Source: Haliotis cracherodii (lineage: Eukaryota). Taken from it: a DNA stretch of 64,000 nucleotides. Below, piece by piece: positions 35,551-49,309 of the stretch (positions within the stretch are counted from its first letter, which is position 1; each line of letters begins with the position of its first letter). Below the pieces are notes generated by a model that searched no databases, was not told the DNA's origin, and was given only the letters and a program-made list of their open reading frames with translations. The DNA is taken from positions 29,202,001 to 29,266,000 of the forward strand of contig NW_027266275.1 of assembly GCF_022045235.1 (NCBI RefSeq), given 5' to 3'. The translations under genes were made by a program, and so were the position numbers.

Positions 35551-38150
35551 TGTGGTGGTATAACATATTACTGAGATAGGGTGGTATAACATATTACTGA
35601 GATAGGGTGGTATAACATATTACTGAGATAGGGTGGTACAACATGTTACTGAGATAGGGTGGTATAACAAGTTACTGAAGTATGGTGGTATAACATGTTA
35701 CTGAGATAGGGTGGTATAACATATCACTGAGATAGGGTGGTATAACATGTTACTGAGGTAGGGTGGTATAACAAGTTGCTGAAATAGGTTGGTATAACAA
35801 ATTACTGAAATATAGTGGTATAACATATTACTGAGATAGTGTGGTATAACATGTTACTGAGGTTGGGTGGTATAACATATTACTGAGATAGTGTGGTATA
35901 ACATGTTACTGAGGTTGGGTGGTATAACATGTTACTGAGGTAGGGTGGTATACCTTGTTACTGAGGTTGGGTGGTATAACATGTTACTGAGGTAGGGTGG
36001 TATACCTTGTTACTGAGGTTGGGTGGTATAACGTGTTACTGAGGTAGGGTGGTATACCTTGTTACTGAGGTTGGGTGGTATAACGTGTTACTGAGGTAGG
36101 GTGGTATACCTTGTTACTGAGGTTGGGTGGTATAACGTGTTACTGAGGTAGGGTGGTATACCTTGTTACTGAGGTTGGGTGGTATAACGTGTTACTGAGG
36201 TAGGGTGGTATACCTTGTTACTGAGGTTGGGTGGTATAACGTGTTACTGAGGTAGGGTGGTATACCTTGTTACTGAGGTTGGGTGGTATAACGTGTTACT
36301 GAGGTAGGGTGGTATACCTTGTTACTGAGGTTGGGTGGTATAACGTGTTACTGAGGTAGGGTGGTATACCTTGTTACTGAGGTTGGGTGGTATAACGTGT
36401 TACTGAGGTAGGGTGGTATACCTTGTTACTGAGGTGAGGTGATATAACATATTACTGAGATAGGGTGGTATAACAAGTTACTGAAATATAGAGGTATAAC
36501 AAGTTACTGAAGTATGGTGGTATAACATGTTACTGAGATAGGGTGGTATAACATATCACTGAGATAGGGTGGTATAACATGTTACTGAGATAGGGTGGTA
36601 TAACATATTACTGAGATAGGGTGGTATAACAAGTTACTGAAATATAGAGGTATAACAAGTTACTGAAGTATGGTGGTATAACATGTTACTGAGATAGGGT
36701 GGTATAACATATCACTGAGATAGGGTGGTATAACATGTTACTGAGGTAGGGTGGTATAACAAGTTGCTGAAATAGGTTGGTATAACAAATTACTGAAATA
36801 TAGTGGTATAACATATTACTGAGATAGTGTGGTATAACATGTTACTGAGGTTGGGTGGTATAACATGTTACTGAGGTAGGGTGGTATAACATATTACTGA
36901 GGTAGTTGATATAACATGTTACTGAGGTAGGGTGGTATACCTTGTTACTGAGGTTGGGTGGTATAACGTGTTACTGAGGTAGGGTGGTATACCTTGTTAC
37001 TGAGGTGAGGTGATATAACGTGTTGCTGAGGTAGGGTGGTATACCATTTTACTGAGGTAGGTGATATAACGTGTTACTGAGGTAGGTGGTATACCATGTT
37101 ACTGAGGTAGGTGATATAACGTGTTACTGAGGTAGGGTGATATAACGTGTTACCGGGGTAGGTGATATAACGTGTTACTGAGGTAGGGTGATATACCATG
37201 TTACTGAGGTAGGTGATATAACGTGTTACTGAGGTAGGGTGGTATTCCATGTTACTGAGGTAGGTGATATAACGTGTTGCTGGGGTAGGGTGGTTTACCA
37301 TTTTACTGAGGTAGGTGATATAACGTGTTACTGAGGTAGGTGGTATACCATGTTACTGAGGTAGGTGATATAACGTGTTGCTGAGGTAGGGTGGTATACC
37401 ATTTTACTGAGGTAGGTGATATAACGTGTTACTGAGGTAGGGTGGTATACCATTTTACTGAGGTAGGTGATATAACGTGTTACTGAGGTAGGGTGGTATA
37501 ACATGTTACTGAGGTAGGTGATATAACGTGTTACTGAGGTAGGGTGGTATACCGTGTTACTGAGGTGAGGTGATATAACGTGTTGCTGAGGTAGGGTGGT
37601 ATACCATTTTACTGAGGTAGTTGATATAACGTGTTACTGAGGTAGGGTGGTATACCATGTTACTGAGGTAGGTGATATAACGTGTTACTGAGGTAGGGTG
37701 GTATACCGTGTTACTGAGGTAGGTGATATAACGTGTTGCTGAGGTAGGGTGGTATACCATTTTACTGAGGTAGGTGATATAACGTGTTACTGAGGTAGGG
37801 TGATATACCATGTTACTGAGGTAGGTGATATAACGTGTTACTGAGGTAGGTTGATATACCATGTTACTGAGGTAGGTGATATAACGTGTTACTGAGGTAG
37901 GGTGATATACCATGTTACTGAGGTAGGTGATATAACATGTTACTGAGGTAGGGTGATATACCATGTTACTGAGGTAGGGTGATATAACATGTTACTGAGG
38001 TAGGTGATATAACATGTTACTGGGGTAGGTGATATAACATGTTACTGAGGTAGGGTGGTATACCATGTTACTGAGGTAGGTGATATAACGTGTTACTGAG
38101 GTAGGGTGGTATACCATGTTACTGAGGTGAGGTGGTACAACATGTTACTG
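35551..38150. repeat. 26/27-bp minisatellite with dimeric higher-order tracts
   Basis: Unit GGTGGTATAACATGTTACTGAGGTAGG-like; perfect 54-bp dimer run ~36010-36430. Confidence 0.95.
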
Positions 38151-39610
38151 AAACAAGTGTCGGTGATCCAGGGAGATTGTCCTCACTGTTCACCTTTCTG
38201 TGTAATCTGTTCACCCTTATGTGTAACCTGTTCACCCTTATGTGTAACCTGTTAACCTTTCAGTGTAATATGTTCGCTTGTAACATGCACCGAGGCCTCC
38301 ATTTTGTTTGGTTTAGCCGTTGGTCCCACCCCTGGCAATGTATATCCCGTGCTGGCGAGAACGCACTTCAATGGGGCCGCACAGGTAAATTGATGAGTAT
38401 TTGCCTTTAACGCGTCAATCAGGGAAATTTGATGCCAATTACTTCTTTCCCCCAGCTCTAATGACTGAATGACTCCACGGGGGTCGTCTCAACATTATCT
38501 GGGCCATATATAACAGGAGTATTCGCAAATGCGTCAATGAGAAGGCGTAATTTGTTGCATAAGAATACATATTTTTTTAATTTTGTTTATCACAGTTTCA
38601 TAAGTAATCCTTGTGTCATAGATACATAGATAAAAATATGCAGATGAATTATTCGGCCATTTCTATCTTCTTGTTCGGCAAATCTGCCGAGACTTCATTA
38701 AGAAGTGACTCCTTCAGGTCGTTTTTTATCCGGTGTATACCCTCACCCACTCCGACTTTTCTATAATCTAATCTTCAGAGACATCTTCAGAAATAAGCCA
38801 AGGCTCTGGAAACACGTGTTTAAAATAATTGAATTTGTAACCTAACACTGAAAGTAGATATTGTCTGTGTATGTATAAAAACCGGCGAAGAGCTAGCATT
38901 AATTCGCCCGTGTCAGGCTCGCTCTTTGAGGTGGGTTCTCTAGCAGAGAGGGCAGAGGTAGATTTGTAATTTGCTCGTTTACCCAGGGGCATAAACTGTT
39001 TGAAAGCAGGCCTGAAGATTGATTAGTGCAGATGCAGGCCTGAAGAAAATGATGACGAATTTGGGAAAGATGAAGCGGCTGGTGCACGAATGTTGAATCG
39101 CTCAGCATCCCCGACAGTACATCTCGTATCGGTCCAAGCTGTCATTTGTCAGTCCGAAGGGCCAGGTGCTAAAATCAGAACATTCAGACTAAATTGGTCT
39201 AAGATGAAATTGTTTTCATCTTAAAAGGGTAATTGGAAGGGCGTCCGAACAATTCGCCGATTGAAATTGTTTATTAAACATGCCATTCATTGCACACACA
39301 CACATTCACAGGAGGTGCTCCATCTCGGTCCAGAGGAATTAATCGGGGTCGAAGTACTCGCCTTTTAGAAAATTAATAGCCATTAGATTTAAAAAGCAAA
39401 GGATAAATGTAGAGGAACCTGTTGTTGAAGTATCGTTTAATTTATGATACTTTACTGTTATATATGGGTGTTAGTTAGTTGATAAGTTCCAAGAAAGGGT
39501 ATACATATTTCTTGTCCTTTATGTGGAGTGATTCAAATGCTAATGCTCACTTTAAAGTTTTATAGGGCCAGTCTGAGGTTATTTACAACAGGGTTACAGA
39601 TTGCCGTGGG

Positions 39611-40153
39611 AAGTGGGTGTTGTGTATGAGGTTTTACTATGTAAGTGGGTGTTGTGTATGAGGTTTTACTATGTAAGTGGGTGTTGTGTATGAGGTTTTA
39701 CTATGTAAGTGGGTGTTGTGTATGAGGTTTTACTATGTAAGTGGGTGTTGTGTTTCAAGTTTTACTGTGTAAGTGGGTGTTGTGTATGAGGTTTTACTAT
39801 GTAAGTGGGTGTTGTGTATGAGGTTTTACTATGAAAGTGGGTGTTGTGTATGAGGTTTTACTGTGTAAGTGGGTGTTGTGTATGAGGTTTTACTGTGTAA
39901 GTGGGTGTTGTGTATGAGGTTTTACTGTGTAAGTGGATGTTGTGTATGAGGTTTTACTATGAAAGTGGGTGTTGTGTATGAGGTTTTACTGTGTAATTGG
40001 ATGTAGTGTATGAGGTTTTACTATGTAAGTGGGTGTTGTGTATGAGGTTTTACTATGTAAGTGGGTGTCGTGTTTCAAGTTTTACTATGTAAGTGGATGT
40101 TGTGTATGAGGTTTTACTATGTAAGTGGGTGTTGTGTATGAGGTTTTACTATG
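39611..40153. repeat. 32-bp minisatellite (~17 copies)
   Basis: AAGTGGGTGTTGTGTATGAGGTTTTACTATGT. Confidence 0.95.
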
Positions 40154-40439
40154 TAGTTCAAGTATCAAGACACAAATTTCATACCAATGTAAATAGCGTT
40201 CTGGACAAACAGTGCTGTTTATATGTGTTCAATGATCCACACAAGACGTGGAAGCTGGGCTGGTGTTCCAGTGTATCGTGTGTTGGATTACAGTCACTGA
40301 TACCAGTTTCGTGAACTTTTCATAGATTCTAAACGTTTCCGCTGGGGGATGCATACCCCCGACGCAGGGCAATACGCGACACGTTATAAAACCATTTAGA
40401 CGTAGTCACGACGCTATGAATTCTCACGTCAGAATATGA

Positions 40440-40880
40440 TAGCTTTTACGGGTAGAATGTGGTTGGTGATATGTTTGTTTGTTTCCAGCTATATGACGGT
40501 CGTAGGTGTTGTTTGTAGAGTGTGGTACCTATTACGGGTAAAATGTGGCAGCTGTTACGGTAGAATGTGGCAACTGTTAAATTGTGGTGACTGTGGCAGC
40601 TGTTGTAGGCTGATTGTTGGAGTTGTTTTCTGGAGAATGCGGCGGCTGTTGTAGGTGGAATGTTGTAGCAATTACGGGTAGATTTTGGCAGCCCTTATGG
40701 GTAGACTGGTCTAGCTGTTACGGGTAGATTTGGGCAGCTCTTGTGGGTAGACTGGTCTAGCTATTACGGGTAGATTTTGACATCTCTTGACGGTAGACTG
40801 GTCTAGCAATGACGGGTAGATTTTGGCAGTTAATCTTGGTAGAACGTGGCAGTTGTTATAGGTAGAATAAGGCAGTTAGA
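40440..40880. repeat. Degenerate ~23-24-bp tandem repeat
   Basis: Recurring GCAGCTGTTACGGGTAGAATGTG-like units. Confidence 0.65.
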
Positions 40881-41532
40881 AGACGCGTAAGCAACTTTCA
40901 GCTACGTCGGTGGACGACAGATATGAAAAGGGGTGGGGCAGAGGGCTGCATGTAAGAATAAAGTATATATGTATAGTGTTTAGTAGGCACTCAGGCGTGT
41001 TGACATTGGATGAATTGTGGATTGATATCCCCGAGTAAATACAAGCCCTGAACTGATTGCTCAAATTATTTTTTCTGGTAGCAGACTGTTGTTTAAAGAA
41101 GAAAAAATGTTTGAAAAAAACCCCGCCTCTATATAGACATTAAATACAATAGAGAATCTCATAAAAGACTCCTTTGATTTTTGATATGCCAACATGACTC
41201 CACGCGTGTCAATTGAAGCAGAGAAGAGTTTTGTTAACTTCTATTTTGAGAGATATATTTGTTATCAAAAGACGCGAGAGTTTTTTTTCTTCAAAATCAG
41301 TCCTTATTATTTATTACAATAATGTTTTAAAATCATGGGTCTATTTGATATTTGAGACCATGCAAATCGTTTGCAGCGAATCAAAGCACATGACAATTTA
41401 ATTCTTGGAAACTTTTGAATACTTTGAGTTCGAGGAACATGTTATGCTTGTGGCGGATTAAACCGGCTGAGCTAGAGTGATGACAATGCAGCAGCTTCAC
41501 AATAAACTACGAAATAAATATTTTTGGAAAAA

Positions 41533-42330
41533 AGTTGTTTCCCCTTTGGAGCGGGGGATATTGGAACGGAGTTCGTCCGTTCGTCCGTCCGTCCGTCCAT
41601 CCGCCCAGTTCTCAAAGGGGACACATTTTCTCAAAAACTTTTTAAGTCAGAGAAATGAAACTTTGCACTATGGTGTTACTGGTCATGATCTCAAATGAGT
41701 CCGAAAATTGACGTCGTAAATTTAATTTTTACATGGTTATGGCCCTTGCTCCGTGATATTCAACTTAGTGCATACTACGTGAAATGGGGACAAGCTTTCT
41801 CAGAAACTACTGGAGCTACAAGAATGCTTATCTATGAGATACTTGTCAAGACTTTGTTCGAAAATTGGTCCCGTCAATAATATTTTTTATTTTACAGAGT
41901 TATGGCCCTTGCCCCGTGTTTTTCAACTTAGGGCATAGTGTGTACAATGGGAACATGTTTTCTCAGAAACTACTGAAACTACAAGAATGATGAACGTTTG
42001 CACGCTTATCTTGGAGATTCTTGTCAAGGCTGAGTTCGAAAATTCGTCCCGTCAATTAATTGTTTACAGCGTTACGGCCTTCGACCCATGTTATTTGTGG
42101 AATTGGGCAAGTTTCCTCAGAAACAACTGAAGTTAGCTTATCTAAGAGATATTTTTCAAGACTGAATTATTTTATCCAGAGAAAGGGCCTTTTGTGTGTA
42201 TTAATGTCACGCTATATATCTCTTCTTCAGGCTTATGTGGCTCTTTTGTATAGTTTATGTTCCCTATCATATGAACAAACTTCTAATGTGCCTCATGGCG
42301 GGGAATAGTGATAACGCTGCTTTCTTGTTT
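41533..42330. mobile_element. Helentron-associated (HINE/pearl-like) non-autonomous element
   Basis: Left TTCCCC..GCGGGGGA palindrome, (GTCC)n microsatellite, ~165-bp internal tandem cores carrying TTATGGCCCTTG (41737, 41900, variant ~42072), right GGCGGGGAA then TTTCTTGTT. Confidence 0.72.
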
Positions 42331-43134
42331 CGCATTAATATGGTGCGAACTCGCTTTTTTAGATGCTATTTTGCCTTAATAAAGAGTAAAATCGCTTTTT
42401 AAATTGCTATTTCGCCGTAATATGGAGTACAATCGCTTATTTTGAAGGATGAGACGAGATAAAGGTCGACATATTTTGTGAGATGTGCAAAAGTTCTGTA
42501 AATCGTGTTTATACAATGAGGATTTAATCATTTTTTCCATTCAACATTTAATTTATTACAACAAACGGTAAGACTAAAACGTGTTAAAAAATGTTTATAG
42601 GATTTTATTTTTTTATTAAAATATGAACATGAGTAAGTTTTTGACCTAGGCAATGATGTAAATTAACGAGCAAAAGAACGTTTACACCCATGTTTGATGG
42701 TGGCTGAAAAAGAAACAAACAGACATTGTTATTCGAGGAGGATGTATTTGATACGGGTATCATACATGTGTTTTGACTCTATAGTTTTGAAGGGTTTCGG
42801 CGACTGTTTTCAGCCCAGTAACGTTTTGATAGTTCTGTTTTGGTCAATTCCAATTTTTAAGTGTTTGTTTTGGTTTGCGTGGCAGTTTAGGTAAAGATAA
42901 CACTAACTTGTGGTGAAACGTCCACTGACTTCGGATTAGTTCGATTTTCACTCATTTTACTTCTGTGCTTTATATTCATGGTAGATTAGAGCCCAACTCA
43001 CCCAGCTTGTCATGAGACTAAAATGAGATCTTGTATTGTATCTAGTACAATATCAGATATGTCTGAGTAAACTCTCTGGAAATGGTTCTACAATACTCTG
43101 ATATTGCAACATACTGATACCATTACACAAGAAT

Positions 43135-43300
43135 AAGTGAGTGTGTTGGGTTTAACGCCTCTTTGAATAGTATTCCAGTTATATCACGGTGTGTCAGCTT
43201 AATGTGGGAGGAAAGCCCGAAGCGATGCAGGTCTCAGACGTTTACCACTTTGGTGAAACCGACGAGCACGGGAGACATGGTTGACTGTGTGTTTAGTTTC
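43135..43300 (-). mobile_element. SINE family C 3' fragment (others at 47128-47340 and 52310-52445)
   Basis: Shared GAGTTGGGTTTAACG..ATATCACGG..ACGTTTACCACTT blocks. Confidence 0.6.
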
Positions 43301-43424
43301 TTTTTCTGCTCACGACCAATTCGCCTTGAGCAGACCCGATTTACAGTCACTATAGTACAGTTGCAATGTTGGTCGCTGCGGCGCAAAACAACATTCTGCC
43401 AGCATGTCACGACACGTCGTCCGG

Positions 43425-43615
43425 TATGAGTGAGTGATCGAGTGAGTGAGTGGGTGAGTGAGTGTTCCTGTACGCCGCCGTTAGCAATATCCCCGTAATA
43501 ACACAACATGGGATTCTAGAAATGGGCTTCACAAAATTTACCCAAGTAGGGAATCGAACCCGGGTCTTTCGGCGTGACGAGCTGACGCTTTAACCACTTG
43601 GCTACCCGACTGCCT
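43425..43615 (-). mobile_element. tRNA-Asp-like SINE family B copy
   Basis: Reverse complement of B-box GGGTTCGATTCCC and A-box; (CACT)n tail. Confidence 0.8.
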
Positions 43616-44219
43616 CTTTATTAAGTTTGACATTTGGCACAGATTTATGTGTTAAACCTTTTGAGCTAATAAGTCAATAAAACTGAAAAATATTCCAGGA
43701 TGTGCACGCTGTAGTGATAAATATATCATTGTTGAAAACAACTGTGATGCAGAGACCGTTACCCCTCATGGAAGAATGGATACTATGGAATCTTCATCTT
43801 GACTTTATAGACTCAGATGGGATACAGAGAAATTTTAAAGCTATGGAACCATTTACTTTGATATAAGCATCGAAGTTGTTACGCGTTTTATGTCATGATT
43901 AGCTTATTATGGTACTGAATGATATGACCAAGATCTATTTGATGATAACGAGGTTATTTTGTTATGATTTATATAAATATTATTCATCTTTCATTATTTA
44001 GTTCATTATCGGAATTACTGTGATGGGGAAATGATAGCAAAGAATGTGGCTATATGTAATCAAGGGATAAAAATATGTATGATGATATGGCATTATATCA
44101 GATGGTTAGTCTTTTCGAGTGTCCCAGTTTAAAATAAAAAGATTTTTGTTTAAAAGTTTGAAAATTTAAAGTCTACTATAGGATATAACATTTTGCACTC
44201 AGCATCACTTTGGTCCCCC

Positions 44220-44398
44220 TAGCATGGGGAGTTCGGATTAAAGAAGGTCCGTACCAGGCATTTGACTTGGTTGACTACATGTCATCGTTGCTTGTAATAT
44301 CAATCACTTGATCGTCTGGTCCAGACTCGATTATGTGCAAAATGCCATCATATAGCTGGAATATTGCCGAGTGCGGCGTAAAACAACAACTAACCATC
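44220..44398 (+). mobile_element. Degenerate family A SINE
   Basis: TCTGGTCCAGACTCGATTAT..ATAGCTGGAATATTGCCGAGTGCGGCGTAAAACAAC. Confidence 0.7.
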
Positions 44399-45626
44399 TC
44401 ATTACGCATTCTTATTCCAAGTTTAAATTCATTACTTGCACATTGAGAGATTATAACGAGGCTTTGTTTTTGGGCATCGCGTCTTTAAAGTATTAATAAG
44501 TAGTCACTCTTGTGGAACAATGAGTGACACACCGTTACAATCTTATTTCGTTTACAGAGAACTATTATATGCAGTGACTTTAAACATTAAATGAATCTTT
44601 GCAGCTGTCCATGTTTTATCGTTGTTAAAATGATTTTGTTTAATCTAAGATTAAAGCGGCCCATTTCAAGCAAACTGTCAAATAAATAGCCCAGTTGATT
44701 TGTGTAATTATGTAAATCGTTTCAATGTAATTTGCCTAAGTGAAATCATCCATTTATTAGATTGCCTCCGGCCTCCGAGAAATAACCTCGTTCCACACAG
44801 CGACTCAAGCATATGCAGTACTGTGTTCAGGAAAAGCAAATAAATTTTTCAGTTTTGTTTCTTTTTAAATTTGGCACAGGCCCTTTTGGTAAGAACCTTC
44901 ATGCATAACCCCCAGATCGTAAAAAAGTGGAATTAAGCCTCTGTTCTCCCCGCAGCAAATGGGTACCAGGTAGGATGCGATGGAAATGTGAATTCAAACG
45001 TTCTCGCTTCTCAACAAAACGGACAGCTTGTGTTGTATACATGTCATGGAGCTCCGAATGCAATGCTCACTGATCCATTTACCGTGTGAGACTGTCATGC
45101 TCTTGCGACTATTGTTGTTATTATTATTGCTGACGACTTTGATCAAACACAAACATGTTACTGAAAGACAGGTTTTATTGCAAATCTAGAAACATTAACA
45201 TCTACTTTCACTTCAGTTTGTTTTACCATGACAGATGATCCTGCATCTTTCCAGCTGGTCTCTAGAGTCTAGTGTCTATTGTCTTGTGAGTAGTGTCTAT
45301 GGTCTGGTGTCTACTGACTTTCTACACTGACCACCCCAATCCCCTATCCCCATGCGTGAACACTGTTGAGGAGAGGGTCCTCTGTCGGTCTAATTGAAAA
45401 AACGTCGTACAGAGTCTGTGTCTGTGCTTCCACCATCCTTTAGGCCTGGCTTACTACGTGACTTAAAGGTGTGCATCCGACGCAGACACCCAATCACCCT
45501 CAACTCACCCCCCTGACGATTCTCTGCCCCCAACCGCAAGCTCCATTTGTCAGACACCTCATGACACAACCTGCGTCAGTCCCTCTATCATGTACTCTTG
45601 TTATGATCAAATCTAAACTTGGACTG

Positions 45627-45762
45627 NNNNNNNNNNNNNNNNNNNNNNNNNNNNNNNNNNNNNNNNNNNNNNNNNNNNNNNNNNNNNNNNNNNNNNNNNN
45701 NNNNNNNNNNNNNNNNNNNNNNNNNNNNNNNNNNNNNNNNNNNNNNNNNNNNNNNNNNNNNN
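45627..45762. other. Assembly gap (N run)
   Basis: Run of N just downstream of the fucosyltransferase stop codon. Confidence 0.99.
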
Positions 45763-45805
45763 TTTTTCAAAAGTTCCGTCTCTAGAGACATATATAGTTT
45801 ATAAT

Positions 45806-47102
45806 TTAATGTAGATAGGGTTTTTGTGGAGTCTCGCAGGTATCAAACCAGTTTGTTATACTTGGATACGACTTCCGGTATCGGTCCAACTGATGCAACC
45901 TGGCGCAGATAGTGCACTCCCCCAAACCCCTCCCCCACACCCTGTACTGCGCGCGCCGCTTCAGGTACCCCAGGTATATTGCTGGGTTCTGTTCCAGGTA
46001 TTTTAGATGCTTAGCCAGGTCACGTGGCGACCGGAAGTCGGCTGTGTTGAGAAACAAGTTTTTGGGGTAAATTTCGGCATAGTTCGCTTTGCCTCTCACA
46101 ATAGGCACAATATTGTATGAAAACGTCTTAAATAATTTCTCTGTCACATAGTCTTGGCAAAACAAACTTTCGAAGGATAGGTAAAACCTATACCGGTCAT
46201 AACATCGACTGAGTTGGTTTCCTCCATCGTCTTCCATACATATAGGCTTGCCACACCTTCCCACGATATCCACATGAATGTACTTCTGGAGTTCCTCCAC
46301 GTAGTACTCCCGCCGACTCCCCGAGTGACAGTTACTCACGAACCACAACACAGAGTGGGTCTTCCTCTTCATGACGTCATCCCAGTTATACGCGACCACG
46401 TCCTTCGGTTTCTTCAAAGCCAGGTCTCCATACGAGGCAACGAAGTCCGAGTTGCGCTGGTAGGTCAATGTCCAGTTGAAGACGGTGTCCCAGTCGCCGC
46501 CGGGAAATCGGGACGCGTAGTTCGCCCATGGTTCTTTCGCGAAGAAGATCCACACCTGGTTCTGGCTAGTTCTGACTGGTTTTTCCTTGACTCTGTTCCT
46601 GGATAGAAGGAATGCATCCACAAGGATTGCGTCTGCTTCTGCGAGTCTGGTTTTATTGCTGCTTGTGATACACTGATATCCACCACATGATATCACCCTC
46701 GGAGGCCTGTGCTTACGGTAGCTAGGGATCATATGCCATACTATTAATTTGGGTTCGCTGTCCTTTTTCTCGAGGTAAAGTGAAGGATTTTGTTCTAGTT
46801 TTCGTAATTTAGGGCTGTTCTTCTGTACGCTTAGGCGGTCATGCTGAATACGTATGTTCTCTTTAATTCCAACCTCCGTGTCATTCTTCCTTTTCTCTTT
46901 GGCCCATATCTTGAGGAACTGTGGAGTGTTGTGAAGCTGTGGAGTTTGGATTGGTTTGGGGGCATAACTTCTGTCCTTGAACCCCGAGTGCAAGACTTTT
47001 GCTGGCGTTATTGGCGGAAGTTGTGGGTAGAACCACAGATAGCGGGACACAACCAACAGTGACAGCGATGCTACTGTTATCAGTAGTGCGGTCTTCACAA
47101 AC
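45806..47102 (-). CDS. Alpha-(1,3)-fucosyltransferase (CAZy GT10), main coding exon
   Basis: Type II TM helix, stem, FNWTLTYQRNSD, WFVSNC, alpha3-FucT motif FYLSFESLFCQDYVTEKLF, VPIVRG; ORF opens at GTG just after acceptor CTATTGCAG| (exon starts 47102, phase 2); AATAAA on - strand near 45174-45179. Confidence 0.93.
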
Positions 47103-47524
47103 CTGCAATAGATGGAGATAAGTTAATGTGTGAGTGAGTTAGTTTGGTTTAAGGCCGCTGTGAACAACATTTCAGATATATCACAGCGTGGTCTTGGTGA
47201 AATGCTCGAAGTGTTTCAGGTCTTAGACGTGTATCACTTTATTGAAAGGCCCCTGGGACGGCTATGGTGCAGACAAACCTAGAAACATAATCAGGGCGAA
47301 TCTGGGATACAAACCCATGACCATTGGTTTCTGGCACAAGACCCCGCCCCTGGCGATACTTCAATTGGCAACCAATCAGTATATGTTAAACATATTATGA
47401 ATAGTGATATCTGAACTCAATTTAACAAGACAATAATATTCCTCGAGTACCAGGCATAGGTTGCATGGAAATGATTATGATTCTGTGTCCACGTGGGACA
47501 AACAGGAAACTGTGCTGGAAGATC

Positions 47525-47680
47525 TTTGTTTCGTTTGTTTAACGTCGCACTTAGCAATATTGCAGCTATATGACGGCGGTTTTAGACAAGACAATCCAGT
47601 GACTGACATCATGATCCATACAATTGGGATATGATGACATGCATCAACCAAGTCAGCGAGCATGACCACCCGATTCCGTA
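47525..47680 (-). mobile_element. Family A SINE fragment
   Basis: Reverse-complement match to family A body and tail. Confidence 0.75.
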
Positions 47681-47685
47681 GACGA

Positions 47686-47945
47686 ACGGTATCAACCGCG
47701 TACAAGATAACTAGAAGTCGATACAGTATCAGGTTATCAGTGAAAGAATTAAGTTGTTTTCCACCACAGTTTTTTTTTGTCCAAGATGAAATCAAGTCAT
47801 TCAGAAATATTGAAAAGAGAAGTTGAGGACACATTCTCACCTTGCCTAACCCCAGACAGACATGAGCAGAAATCTGAGTCATCGTTTTGTACCATAGCAC
47901 AGATATAATATCTTTGTACATGTTTTGTATGTAGGAAATGTGTTC
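47686..47945 (-). pseudogene. Non-LTR reverse-transcriptase fragment
   Basis: IQNMYKDI...GVRQGEN (frameshift) LLFSIFLNDL...VILYAVDTV, matching RT domains 4-5 with YADD decayed. Confidence 0.75.
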
Positions 47946-48864
47946 CCTTTCACGCCAGTATTTCTCGACTTGCGACAACGTAGGGAAGTGGGGGGTATTG
48001 GTTCATGCGAAGCGGGGGACACTATCTAATACATGGTGGGCGGATCCCTGGATCTCGCCTTCAATCACACAAGTAATAGAATGAACCATAAAACGACGAC
48101 GCACGTCAGGATTGCGGGCAGATCAACAAGATTCGTTCTTGTTACACATCAAGGATCCAATTCATCTGTCGAAAACTGTTTGTGTCTTTTGGCGTGGTAT
48201 ATCCACAATGAACGAGAATGTGTCATATTTACAAACACATATATACCGGCTGGGTGTGTCTGTGTCTGTATCGACACAGTGTATTCACGCTTGGTGTGAC
48301 AGATTGAAATTGAACATTTTGATAGCGTGAGCAGTGATTATGGACGGTAAATTAGACCAACTCTGTAATAAGACCCAACTTGCCCTTAGTCTAGTGACGG
48401 TGTATGTTCAAGGGTAAATTGATCTAATACGAAATTGTAATGCTTAATCATTCTATATGTATAATGAGATACAGTTAAAAACGGATTACGATTTCTAACA
48501 TATCTACGTGTATTGATGAACAAATTAAATTATTACAACAAACTATTATTCAAAAGAGTTAGAGGACTAAAAGAAATATCGACTCTTGAGGATCTCTTAT
48601 CACCAACCTGTTTCTGTATGGTCCAATAGTAATAGGGCATACTGTTGGAATATACATTATAAAACGTAGTAAGAAAAGAGAATTTCTTTTAAATCTATGA
48701 CAAAGTTTGTATTTCTAAGCTGATCCCGATTTTAAAGGTGTACATTGTAAAGCTTCTGTGTTGGGTTCGACATTAGGAAACTCCCCAAATGCCCAGTGAA
48801 GATGGAGTTTGTTATCGCCTGTGTCCCTGACACTGATGGGGCCCCTCGGTTACATATGCTTAGA

Positions 48865-49140
48865 CCCGTGAAGATTCCGGGGTAGAATAGCTCTTCAGCA
48901 ACCCATGCTTGTCGTAAAAGGCGACTAACGGGATCGGGTGGTCAGGCTCGCGTGGATCGATGCTCATGATATCAATCACTGGATTGTCTGGTCCAGACTC
49001 GATTATTTCTCGCGTGGGTCGATGCTCATGATATCAATCACTGGATGTTCTGGTCCAGACTCGATTATTTACAGACCGCCGTCATATAGCTGTAATATTG
49101 CTGAGTGCGGCGTTAAACAACAAACCAACCAACCAAGCAA
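48865..49140 (+). mobile_element. Family A SINE with internal duplication
   Basis: CCCGTGAAG start; CGCGTGG.TCGATGCTCATG...GATTATTT block present twice. Confidence 0.85.
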
Positions 49141-49179
49141 CAACATATGATTAGTGTGCAACTTGCTCCGACACAATGG

Positions 49180-49309
49180 TTGAGTATATATTCCAGCTAT
49201 ATCACGGCGAGGCACACCAGAAATGGGATTCACACATTTTACCCATGTAGGGAATCGAACCGGAATCGACGAGCAAACACTTTAACCACTAGGCAACCCC
49301 ACCGCCCCC
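49180..49309 (-). mobile_element. tRNA-Asp-like SINE family B copy
   Basis: Family B match; GACACAATG on both flanks. Confidence 0.75.

Noticed and set aside
32073-37964. Repetitive ORFs (MKLPCPLL, YHPTSVTRYIT)
   Set aside because: Translations of 27-bp satellites
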